From: Phoronis australis
Taxonomy: Eukaryota > Animalia > Phoronida
Assembly: GCA_002633005.1 (NCBI GenBank)
Contig: NMRA01000672.1
Span: 113,290-160,549 of the forward strand
DNA: 47,260 nt
Direction: 5' to 3'
Part shown: positions 35,375 to 47,260 of the stretch, in pieces
Layout of the letters: the number at the start of each line of letters is the position of its first letter
Position numbering within the stretch: position 1 is the stretch's first letter
Notes under the pieces: generated by a model
The model's database searches: none
What the model was told of the DNA's origin: nothing
Seen by the model: only the letters and a program-made list of their open reading frames with translations
Made by a program: the position numbers and the translations under genes

Positions 35375-38300
35375 CATGTGTACCGTCTCACAGTAGAGTG
35401 CACGGTATATCGTATGAGTCTTGAGGGTTGTAATTGTTCTGCAAAATGTCTTTTAATTTTGTGAACACTGACAATTTTCCCTTTGAGCTTGACTGGTGTT
35501 TATTGCTTGGGATGACCAGGATCAATGTCTATTAGACCCCTGTTAAAGTAAACACAGATTACCAAAGGCTTTATGGTCCTGGTTTATAAGAAAGTTGTTT
35601 TATTGCCCCCTGTTGGTTTTGAATAGTTGTGCCCAAAATGTGAAATCCTTGTTAAAAGTAAGTTTGTGGCATATGTGATATGTATACCATCTCAATGATC
35701 ACAGCGCCAAAACTGAATGAAGGCTTTCACCAGGGTTAGTGTGAATTTGTGTCTCAGTTCTAGTGAAAGGCACTCTAAAGAAGATTACTTATTGTATGCA
35801 AGTTAGGCATCACGGATAGACCTAGAGAATAGTTATCACTGAACAGCAGAATTGGTGATATGTATTGGAAGATAAGAAAACGACACTCTCATATGAATAT
35901 TTGATGTCTTTTCAAGTGTGTAACTTACTACATACCATGTCGTGAATTATGGCTTCATAGTTCACTTGATTATTTCTTGTGATTTTTTCATGTGACAATC
36001 CTTGAAGTTGTTGGACTGTATTCCCCTTGTTAGTCAGTTACTATAGCCCTGCGTTACGTGTTTGCATTGACCAAAGATCAAAAACGCTTCCATTGAAAAC
36101 TGAAAAGATTTTTTGATGCTGTCTGGTAGTCAAGTGACACGTTAATTGTGCATACTATTAGAGGTTGTTCATTTATTTTATACTTGTTGATCAGATATTT
36201 TAACTGTCTGGTGTCTGCCATGTGCAATGAACTGGGGGTAAGGATGAAGCCGGGGTTTTTAAAGTTCCATTCAGTTTTAACAAATGAAAGTTGTAAAAAT
36301 TGTATGTAACAATTGCTGAATTGAGATGTTGGAAATAAGTTCAATTCAAACACTTCAGTTTCTTAAACACTTGTGCTCAATTTTTATTTAAATTTACTAT
36401 AAATCAGCCTTCCATCAAAAAATAAACTTTTGATTTAGACCTTCCGTTATGAAACTGGTCTTAAATTGTCTCTTAGTCAAACTAAAGATGATTTCTGAGC
36501 CCGGAAAAACTTGAAACTTCATAATTGCTTGGCTTGTAAGGGTGCGTCATTTTATGCGCTGAATGTAGTCTCGAGAAATAACAAACTGCAGGTTCTTAAC
36601 AAGCCCACAAATCTCTTCTCGTCTGGGTAAGAAACAAGTTGAGTATAATTTTTTAGCTGCAAGTGGTGTAAATCAAAAATTTGCTTCTTTGATGGAGTTC
36701 GTGCTTATAGCTTCTTTAACTGATGTGGAAGATAGTCGCATAGAGGAGTGGACATACCCCTTGATCTGCCGCGGTGGGATGGGTAGACAAGCTAAAAAAA
36801 TCATGCACAACATTCTTTTTATAGTTTCAGCTTATGCATCAAATCGTGTTGTTTTGTCTGTGTAGTATGAAGCCTGAACAGTTTGTATTGAATATCCTAT
36901 TGTGTCATTTTGTCTTGAAAGCTACATAAGACTTGGGATCAGGTAGCAGTACCCCACCTAGTGTTTGTAAAAAGAACTATTCCTGTTGTTTACATGCTAA
37001 TGGCTGGCACATGAATTTTGTGATGTACTTTGAAGAAGTCACTGGATTCATTGCTGAGTAAGTATGTGCTCAAGTTCTTCCAAGGCACTGAATTCAGTAT
37101 CTTCTAACTTTGGCAAGGATTAAGCTTAGTAATTGGGTCATTCTTCACTTGTTTCATGGAAAACTAATGGCCTAAATTGTCATTTTTTTCTATTTTCAAA
37201 GACCAATTCCATTGCTGCATATTATGGAAATTATACCAAATGTTGTTTTATAATATCTACGCTGCAGAAATCAAGCCAATAACAGACTAAAATTTTCTTC
37301 ATCTTTATTATTGTTGAGAGAAAATAAAATTTCTCTTTTGTACCGCAGTTTGTGTTAAACAAGTGAAGAATAACCCAAGTTGTCTAGTTCAAGAAGTGAT
37401 TTTGACATCACCGAGAACATGTGTTTTGCCTGTTTTGTTTAAGCCAGAGGTGGTTTGTTTATTCCCGCCTCTTTCACATGGCTACTTAAATATTTGAGAT
37501 ACGTTATATTCCGGTAGTTGTATGCTCGCTGATGTGCTGTGTATTGAAATTAAGTACAGGTTAGGAGTATACCTGGAAAGTTTTCAGTTTTTCTTCAGTA
37601 AGATTCAAGTTTGGTTATTTTTGTCCATGCTAATAATGGACATTATTCTAGGGCCCCGGAATCTAATCTTTGTACTCAAAACGAACTTGAAATTATTTTA
37701 CGATTTCTCTGCTATTTTTTGTGCGAACTCAAGATGAATGGTTATTACATTGTGCATATGAGTGTCAAGTCCAGTTTTGCACTTGATGACCCTATTGGTG
37801 CTACAAACTGTAGTAAAACTCAAAATTTTGAGTTCAAACTCGATTTTTTAGCCATTATCAACAGCAAACGAGGACTAAAAAATTATCCATGTAAGCCATT
37901 ATGTACTCTAGCATAGAATAATAGACATTTATCTTGAGTTTGCACAAAAGTAGAGTAGAAAATGCCAAAAAAAATAATTTTGAGTTTAATTTCAGGTAAA
38001 AAGATTAGAACCCGGGTGTGCTCCGAAATCTGGATTTTTATGGGAAAAATGTATTCAAACAACAAAGCATTATAATCTAAGATACAAATGTCAACTAATT
38101 GCATGCCTATTTGTATGGTGTGTCCATCTTTGTTACTATAGTGATTGAAGGGAGTGTAAACCCTCATTTAGGCACAAGAAAAACAACTTTTGATTTACTT
38201 CACAACCGTTACAAAATTGGATCTTTAGTCAATTTAGGTGTGATTTCTGGACAGTGGCAGTTCAGCATTGCTTGCTACCGGCCTCTTCAAGTGTGTTCGT

Positions 38301-39580
38301 CACAGTGAGCCATTTCACGCGACGAACACGGGAGCATGGTCTCCTCTAATTCAGTCAATTTTTTCCTACCCAGAAACCACTTCTGATCTGAGTTGGGAAC
38401 TTAGGTGACCTCAGGCGTGCATTCGGTAGACGCAAGAACCTCGTGAAAATGAAAAATTATGCAGTGCCGGCAAAATATCACCATGTATTACTAGGGAAGC
38501 ACGTGATCACACTTGCTTTTTCGAGATTCTTGCATCTGGGGAACTCGGCCCAATTTTGTAGCGGTACTTCTGTTACAAAACCTCGGTTTTTAGCTGTTTT
38601 ACTTGAAAGAAGTTTTGTTTTCATTTTTGTTAATCTTGTTTGTACTGTTTTATTTGTTTTTGTTTTTTTATTTATTTAAAATAATGTATTGCCTGTTATT
38701 TGATTTATTCATGGGAGCCACTGGATAGTCCAACTACAATGGTGGTACCCCCAAACGCCAGGAAACGTCTTTTAAGACGCCTTAGGTCAACCTAAAAGGG
38801 GTCAAATTTGTGTCAAGTTACCGTGCGTATTCAGATTTTACGATTTTCAGTGTGGCGCATCTCAATTCAGGTAACAAAGTTTTCTGTGAATTCCGCAAAA
38901 AAACATTTTTTGTACAAATGAAATTCAATATTTCCGATCGTACTTTAATTCACTTCTCTTTTTAGACTTTACTATTACAATGTAATTATCATTTAGTCGC
39001 CAAGAACTATTAAGTGATGGCAGTCGATAGTTTAAATTTCTTTTTTCTTTTTAAAAAATAGGGAAAGCGAATATGATTTTTAGTTGAGAATTTTCATGTT
39101 CGATTCAGTTACTGGATAATAAAGCATTCAGATAAATCTGCACGTTGGCAAGCTATTCTGTTGCGTTGTTGAGTGCTCCAAATACTCTTGAGATTTTAAT
39201 TTTATTACAGACACTCTTTGGTTTGCAAGCCTCAACTTTATTAAGTCCTATGATCGGTTTTGCCAATCAAAAATAATACTAAAATGGACTATTTCGTACA
39301 TCCTGCCTCTGTATTTATTGGCAAATTGCCACTCTCGTCGTGTTTTCGATCTACTCATCCACAAAAATGAAATTCTATAGCAACTTTTGTTGCATTTGAA
39401 AAAAGCAGTCATCCGAACGAATACTGTCGACTTGTGTTGACTTTCATCTTTTGAACCCATGTACTAAAATGACGAGGGAACAGAGTCATTTAAAACAAAA
39501 TTAATAGTAGCAATTTAAAACCATGAAAGGGTTAACAATTACTGGGTATTTTCGTCTTAAATGGGAACTGAAGTCACATG

Positions 39581-42250
39581 TGTAAAATGATAAATGGCAG
39601 GTGATTTCCAAAAAACTTTTGGAGGAAATTGTCTTCAACTTGGACAAAATAAATGCTACTGCAAACACATGGCTATAGTGACCACTGCTTTGTTAAAAGT
39701 TTGTGTTGTTCGTATCGGTTTATTAAAACGCTCCACTGTACATTCGTTTACTGGTAAGCTTCGAGCGCCTCGTGGCGGGCTTATTCAACATTACGTATGC
39801 CCGCCAGTTTTCAAGTCATCTTCGTTATCGTGGTTATGCGGGCGAGACGTTTCTATGGTCTCTCCGACTATTTTTGCATTACAACAGGGCACATATGATG
39901 TAAGTCAAATGCTAGTAATGTTCATACTCCTTTAGTTTGTTGGAGTTTCTACTGGTAGATTTATATTTTCGAGTTTTCCTCTGTTTAGTAACATGTTTTA
40001 ACTTAAAAGTTACTTGTTTATCAAGCCCCGCCCAAGTCAGCCAATGAGTTTCAAGGTCGCAATGTCTGCCGTTGCAGTTTACCTGATATTTATTGTGCTT
40101 CGTTATCGGAATTTTATATTGGCATTTTTGTATTTACTTACTATTTTTGTAAATTACTGTTTCCGTAAAATCTACGGTGGAAGTTAATAGTTTGTATTTT
40201 TCTGGAATGTTCGCTTATAGCTTTAGGCATGTTTTTTTCTTTGTTCTAGTTTGCTGGTGTCGTGATGCTACTTATAAAATGAAGCTGCGTCGCCGTTAAA
40301 TTCTCTGTTATGAAACGTCTCCTCGTGCAGGTATAATCGTATTACTCGGTTGGAAAAATTCTGGTGATTAAGTTTCAACGCCTACGTGTTCTTGTCATTA
40401 GTGACCTGGTTTGCAAAGGTACAAAGAACCGTACTGCAGCTATGCCGTCTTAGTCAGTGATATTGACGTTGGCCCTAGTTCCGCTACAGTGAAGACAACG
40501 ACATTACGTAACACGTCAAGCTACGAACAAGTATTTGTGCTGGCAGTGTATAGTCATTAGTTCAGTATGTCGACAACAGTCGAGGTCGCGGCTTTAGAGG
40601 ATTCTCAGGCAGTTAGTAAGAAGCTAATTTAAAGCGGTCATCAAAGACGGACTCGCTTGTTACAAACACTAGACAAGTTGTTTTATCGAATTTTGTAAGG
40701 CATTTGAACTTGGCATGTTGCTTTGATTTTCCAGCCAGTCGTGTCGCCCACCGGTGACAGATAAAAGTTTGAGTGCCAAAGTGATGTATTTACCTCTTTC
40801 CAATATTCGGTGGCGCAGTGGATCGGGACAACGAGACAGTCACGTTTCCGCGTATGAGCTAAAACCAACTCATCAAAGTGCTCGTTGGAACATTCTTCTA
40901 AAGCGTCGTCAAGGCGCTATTCTACAAGTTCTAAGGCAAGACTGAGGGCCGCGGCGGCAATTAACGGCTGGTTTGACTTGCGGAGAAGGCGCCTTGGAGA
41001 AATGAATCGAGAAGGAGGCGGAACTTCAGCAGAAGGCGCTACAAGCTGAGCAAGAAACAAAACAATACCAAGTTTTTGTCAGCGTTAGAAATTAAGCTTG
41101 CAAAAGCCAGTGCCGAAGAAGCCGATCTGAGTTCAAGCTCTGCAGCGTGTGTTCATCCCCGCAGACAAACCTTGTGCTAACCTCCCCATATCGCATAACG
41201 CCTTGAATAATGAACCTCAGCCTTGTGTTGCCGGCCACCAGCTCCTTTGCAATCGGGTAGTGAACTAGATCTGGTTCGTCTTGCGCCTGCCATGCACTTA
41301 CCTCATTTAAGCTCCGGGGTACTTTCCGGAGGCGACCCTAAGTCTTATTTAACCTTTGAGATGTCATTTGATTCTCAAATCGCCCATTTAACGACGAGCG
41401 ACTCCCGACAGGCTATATTATTTGGACTCGTTTGGGGGATGCGAAAGATCTTGTGACTTGTTGCCTCCTCTACATGAATCCTCAATATAGGGCGCTAGTA
41501 CTGAAGCGCGTCGATTACTCAATTCGGAAGAAGGAATCCCGTTTAGACACTTACAAGACAGCGCATTATCTTTCTTAGCACGTCTTTAATCTTCGCCCCT
41601 CACCAGGTGTAAAGATGTTTTCTGAATCAGTGTAGTCACGCGAGTGGTGATTACCGACGACATCCTGTAAACTTCGCTGGTTTAGTGTCTTTCAGAAAGC
41701 AGCCGATTCCGTCAACGACCCTGTTTTTCGTAGGTACGCCATATCACAAAAGTCAAGACGACCTCCGCGCTGAAACTAATTTCACCGCTTCAGCGAATGC
41801 AGAATCCGGAGTTAGCAAACGTAATCAGTCGCTCTGTTTCTACTGCTTGGTGGAGCACGTCGTATACGACTGTCCCCAGTTTATCACCCTGGCCAATGAG
41901 GTGAAACGTAAGTTCATTCTGACTAAGAGGCTGTGTTTTGCTTGTTTTGGTCTAGTCACCTATCTGATGAGTGTTTTTAGAGGCGAGTTTGTAAAGTGTG
42001 TTCTAAGCGCCATCCCACATTGCTGCGTTTCTAGGGCTTCGAATTACAAATCCGCAGAGACGTATCGAGCTTAAGTCCCTGCCAATAAAGATGTTAACGA
42101 TTGCAGCGACGTCTACTCAGCAGCTAGGACAATGAGATAACCATAGTAAATTGAGCTAGAATCTAAGACGTCTGCACCCCCTGTAGGTGAGTCACAGTTG
42201 TCACTACATTGTCGCCATGGCTGTGAAAAACTTGGAAGTGACTGATTTCT
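39581..42250 (+). mobile_element. Decayed BEL/Pao LTR retrotransposon: putative 5' LTR (start 39581 or 39899, end ~40488) and frameshifted gag
   Basis: LP....LSGGDP.SY..F..SF (DUF1759-like) at ~41290-41440; zinc knuckles CFYC...H....C.QF, LCFACF..H....C and CKVC.KRHPTLL at 41830-42030 across frameshifts; ..ACA|GTGAAGAC junction. Confidence 0.78.
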
Positions 42251-43905
42251 ATGGCACAAACTCAGTGGTCATGTCAAATGGGATTGCACGGGGAGGCGCT
42301 TCAAAACAGAGTCAATTAATAAACACGACACACAATACACATGTTAACAATTAAAATAATCATTGTTTACTTCATTACTTCCAGCCCTTATACAAGTATG
42401 AAAGTGGCAAGGCACTGAGCGCGTAATTAACAATGCGGTTTACACAATGCAGACATTAAATTTACTATGCAAAATAAAAACTTCGTGAACGAAACGAGCT
42501 AAGTTCCAAACGTTGCAAGACTTTATGAAATAACTGAAGGGATCACCACTGAAAGTTTTTAATATTAAACCAAATATCAAAATTTCTCTTAAGATCTTCA
42601 TATACAGGACATTCTAATAAAACGTGTTTTTCATCCTCACCAGTGTCAGAACAAACAGAGCAGAAACGCTAATCTCTATCTATATCCAAATGTCTACCAG
42701 TTTCTATTTTTAGTTGATGATTTGAACATCTAAAACGTGCAAGAGCTGTGATTAAATATTTTTGTCAAAACATTGCATATTCGTCTAGAATGAGTATTTC
42801 TAAACAATTTATATAAACATAATTTACTAAGATATGATATGTCGTCCAGCCATTGCTGTTCGTCTATGTCTACACCTTTCTTTTAAGTCGTATACAAATA
42901 TCTCTTCCTTATCTACTGACTGACTGACTGACCCAAACAATTCCAAACCCGCTCCTAAAAAGTAGGTTTTTACGCCGGATACCCCTGCTTTCACGATTTC
43001 ATTCTACAAAGTCATGCTGAAACTTATAACATGAGTAAGTATATATATTCTGAGGCAATTCCATCAACTTCAACAACTATTAGAAAACTCCCAGACACCA
43101 TTGTAGACCGGTCTAGCTCACCCCTGGCTGCTGAATTATGGGCACTTCACCCAAGACCTAACCCGAATTTACAAAATTTATTTTGAAGAATCTCGACATT
43201 TGGGACTCTCACCTCTCCACTCACTTCTCCGCTCACCTCTCTGCTTACCTCTCTACCATGAAAACCCCACACTTCCGAACCATACATATTAGTAGGGCAT
43301 ATTTTGGTATCGAACAACACTAACTTTCGAATTGTGACATATACTTTTTCAACAAAAACAAAACATTTTTAGCCTTATCAGCTAAATTCGACTAAGTTTT
43401 TGTCCAGACACATTTAGTAGTAAAATAAGTACAGAGATATTTGTAACTACCTTCAACAGTGATTTGTTCTCTATCAGTGAACCCTTTTGCATAATTACGT
43501 AATTATCCTCCTTTTCTGAAGACTACAATTCTAGTTTTTGACATGCTAATAACTAGTTTCCATTTTTACTATACACTTTATTCTTAATCAACCGTTGCAA
43601 TTCAATTGCTGTCTTGGAGAATACAACCAGGTCACCTGGAAATAGCAAGCAGTATATCTTTAACATATCTAATGACACTCTGGCATCATTATTGGTCTTC
43701 AACTCGCGTGCAAGATCAATTAAATGTATCAAAAACGAAAAGGGTGGAAGCTGATAGCTTTTTCATACTCCCCACAAACAATCAAAATAGTCCGTGGTGT
43801 CAACATTTTGGTTTAGCGGGACACACGACCTTTCGTTACGATACATTTTACTCAATACTTTTTAAGTTTTACCAGATAAATTGTGGCTGATTAATTCATA
43901 TTTCA

Positions 43906-44045
43906 ACCACATTTCCATGTCCAGTCAAATGCCTTTTTAAAATCAATGAAAAGAGAATGAAAACTGCCTCTGGTGAACGACAAGTATTCAGTAAGTAGGG
44001 TGTGCAAAATAAATGTGTTGTCTACGGTAGAATAAAATTTTCTGA
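43906..44045 (-). mobile_element. LINE reverse-transcriptase fragment
   Basis: YSTVDNTFILHTL...FIDFKKAFD, a non-LTR RT motif. Confidence 0.8.
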
Positions 44046-44054
44046 ATAATATGC

Positions 44055-46545
44055 ACGACACAAAATAATCATGATAACAACTCAATTTATATACAAGACA
44101 CACAATATACATGAAAACAAGTCAATTAATATACACAGCAAACAATATACATGAAAACAAGTCGGGTAATATACACAATACATTATATACATGAAAACAA
44201 GTCAGTTAATATACATGACAAACACTATACATGATAACAAGTCAATTAATATACACAGCAAACAATATACATGAAAACAAGTCGGGTAATATACACAATA
44301 CATTATATACATGAAAACAAGTCAGTTAATATACATGACAAACACTATACATGATAACAAGTCAATTAATATACACGACACACAAGGTACATAAGTAAAT
44401 TAATACACACGACATACAATATACATGCTATCAAATCAATAATATACACTACACACATTATACACGATAACAAGTCAATTAATATACACGACACACAATG
44501 TACATGATCACAAGTCAATTATTATACACAACTCACCATATATATGACTGCAAGTCAATATTTACGACACGCAATATATATGACAAGTCATTTAATATAT
44601 GCGACACACATTATACATGATAACAAGTCAATTAATATACATGACACGCAATAAACTTCAAAACAAGTCAGTTAATATAGACGATTCACAATATACATGA
44701 TAACAAGTCAATTAATACACACGACACACAATATACATGATAACAAGTCAATTAATATACACAACATACAATATGCATAATCACAAGTCAATTAATATAC
44801 ACAACAAACAATATGCATCGTGACAAGTCAATTAGTATATACGACACACAATATGTATGATAAGTCAATTAATATATGCGACACACAATATATACGACTA
44901 CAAGTCAATATAAACGACAACCAATATATATGACAAGTTAATTGATAAACAACACACCATATACATGAAAACAAGTCAGTTAATATACACGACATATATG
45001 ATTGCAAGTCAATATTTACGACACGCAATATATATGACAACAAGTCAATTAATATATACGACACACAATGTACATGATAAGAAGTCAATTAATATACATG
45101 ACACAATAAACATGAAAGCAAGTCGGTTAATATACACGACTCACAATAAACATGATAAGTCAATTAATATACACGACACACATTATACATGATAACAAGT
45201 CAATTAATATGCATGACACACAATGTACATGATAACAAGTCAATTAATATACACGACTCACCATATATATGACTGCAATCAATATTTACGACACGCAATG
45301 TATATAACAACAAGTCAATTAATGTATACGACACACAATGTACATGATAAGAAGTCAATTAATATACATGACACAATAAACATGAAAGCAAGTCAATTAA
45401 TATACATGACACAATAAACATGAAAGCAAGTCAATTAATATACACGACACACATTATACATGATAACAAGTCAATTAATATACACGACTCACCATATATA
45501 TGACTGCAATCAATATTTACGACACGCAATGTATATAACAACAAGTCAATTAATATATACGACACACAATGTACATGATAAGAAGTCAATTAATATACAT
45601 GACACACAATATACATGAAAACAAGTCAATATACACGACACACATTATACATGACAAGTCAATTAATATGCACGACTCACCATATATATGACTGCAAGTC
45701 AATATTTACGACACGCAATATATATGACAACAAGTCATTTAATATATACGACGCACAATATACATGATAACAAGTCAATTAATATACATGACACACAATA
45801 AACATGAAAGCAAGTCGGTTAATATACACGACTCACAATAAACATGATAAGTCAATTAATATATACGACACACATTATACATGATAAGAAGTCAATTAAT
45901 ATGCATGACACACAATGTACATGATAACAAGTCAATTAATATACACGACTCGCCATATATATGACTGCAAGTCAATATTTACGACACGCAATATATATGA
46001 CAACAAGTGATTTAATGTATACGATACACATTGTACATAATAACCAGTCAATTAATATACATGACACACAATAAACATGAAAACAAGTCAGTTAATATAC
46101 AAGACTTGTAATATACATAACAAGTCAATTAATATACACGACACACAATGTACATGACAACCAGTCAATTAATATACATGACACACACTATACACGATAA
46201 CAAGTCAATTAATATACATGACACACAAGGTACATAAGTAAATTAATACACACGACATACATTATAACAAGTCAATTAATATACACAACACACAATATAC
46301 ATAACAGGTCAATTAATACACACAACAAAGAATCTGCATAGTGACAAGTCAATTAGTATAGACGGCACACATTATATATGATAAGTCAATTAATATATGC
46401 GACACCCAATATATACGACCACAAGTCGATATATTCGACACCTAATATATATGACAAGTCAATTAATACACACAACACACAATATATTATAACAAGCCAA
46501 TTAATATACATAACCCACAATATAAATGACATCAAGTCAATTAAT
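44055..46545. repeat. ~2.5-kb satellite, ~40-bp monomer (ACACACAATATACATGATAACAAGTCAATTAATATACACG), roughly 60 copies
   Basis: 40-nt periodicity; exact 120-bp higher-order copy at 44161/44281. Confidence 0.95.
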
Positions 46546-47260
46546 ATATATATATATATTTATTCAATAACTAGGCCTCCGGCCCTTGTTACAATCAAAT
46601 CATCAATACAATAAAGGTAAGTGTCAATCACTAGAAGTAAACCGAATTCTTCTTCGCTTGAATGCGAAATGAACATATTTACATGTTGACCATATAAGAT
46701 CTTTTTCCTCCATAGTCATGAGTCTGTTGAATTTTGTAACATTGGGATTGTTGTAGCTCCATGCAGGCAAATATCGTTTCCTAAGGTCATCGTAGAATGG
46801 GCATTCGATAACAAAATGATATTCCGACTCGACATATGTCCTAACACAGAGAGGGCATAACCTTTCTGTTCTGTTAAGTTTCAAGTGTCTACCCTTTTCA
46901 ATCATTAGTGCATGCGCTGAACATCTCAATCTCACCATATCAGATCTAACATTTACATTGTCAATTACATCTAAATAGTTTTCAAAACATATATTTAACT
47001 TAAAAGTTCTGTAAGTTTCCAGCTTAATCGAATTGTTCAAAATATCTTGCCATTTTTGCTGATCAATATCTTTGCATCTTTGTTTAAAAAGTGATATGAA
47101 GCTTGTCTCGGAACCTACACCCTGATTATACCATGCTTCTCCAAAACCAAACTGAAATAACAATTTCTTAACATCATTAACCCAGCACGGTTTATTAACA
47201 TTTTCCGTCATATTGTACTGCCATTCATAGCAATGATATGTAATTTTTGACTCATCGGTT
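46545..47260 (-). mobile_element. 3' end of a LINE: intact ORF2 C-terminus (46624-47211+), short 3' UTR, AATAAA and (TA)n tail
   Basis: LRCSAHALMIEKGRH..RLCPLC..ESEYHFVIECPFYDDLR CCHC domain; GGGCC-GG-AGGCCT hairpin-like motif then AATAAATATATATA. Confidence 0.88.

Noticed and set aside
37650-39500. Possible gene or transposase downstream of ZDHHC12
   Set aside because: Only short ORFs with no recognisable motifs or consistent splice sites; probably non-coding TE debris that I cannot classify.
44055-46545. CRISPR-like regular repeats and the ORFs within them
   Set aside because: Contiguous diverged monomers with no unique spacers and no cas genes, in a eukaryotic context. The ORFs are translations of the satellite.

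Overview
Eukaryotic, AT-rich, intron-rich genomic DNA from an invertebrate animal (probably a lophotrochozoan such as a mollusc; this is inferred from the repeat landscape). It holds three spliced genes that I rebuilt exon by exon with consistent reading-frame phases. (1) KIFAP3/KAP3, the kinesin-II accessory subunit: + strand, 5'-truncated, 14 exons, 281-15509. (2) An ODR4 homolog: - strand, 10 exons, 29245-17772, tail-to-tail with KIFAP3. (3) A ZDHHC12-like palmitoyltransferase: + strand, CDS 30929-35374, head-to-head with ODR4 across a short shared promoter. Three introns are minor-spliceosome (U12) type: one AT-AC and one GT-AG in KIFAP3, and one GT-AG in ODR4. Two apparent tandem duplications each abut a single N and are probably uncollapsed haplotypes. 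The introns carry many inverted-repeat MITE-like elements, three minimal hammerhead-ribozyme-like motifs, a tRNA-derived head, CTCF-like motifs, and several short 'echo' copies of exon edges that create decoy splice sites. The last ~8 kb are a decayed BEL/Pao LTR element, a 2.5-kb 40-bp satellite with higher-order structure, and LINE fragments. I see no prokaryotic-type system and no CRISPR array. All homology calls come from recalled protein sequences, not from database searches.
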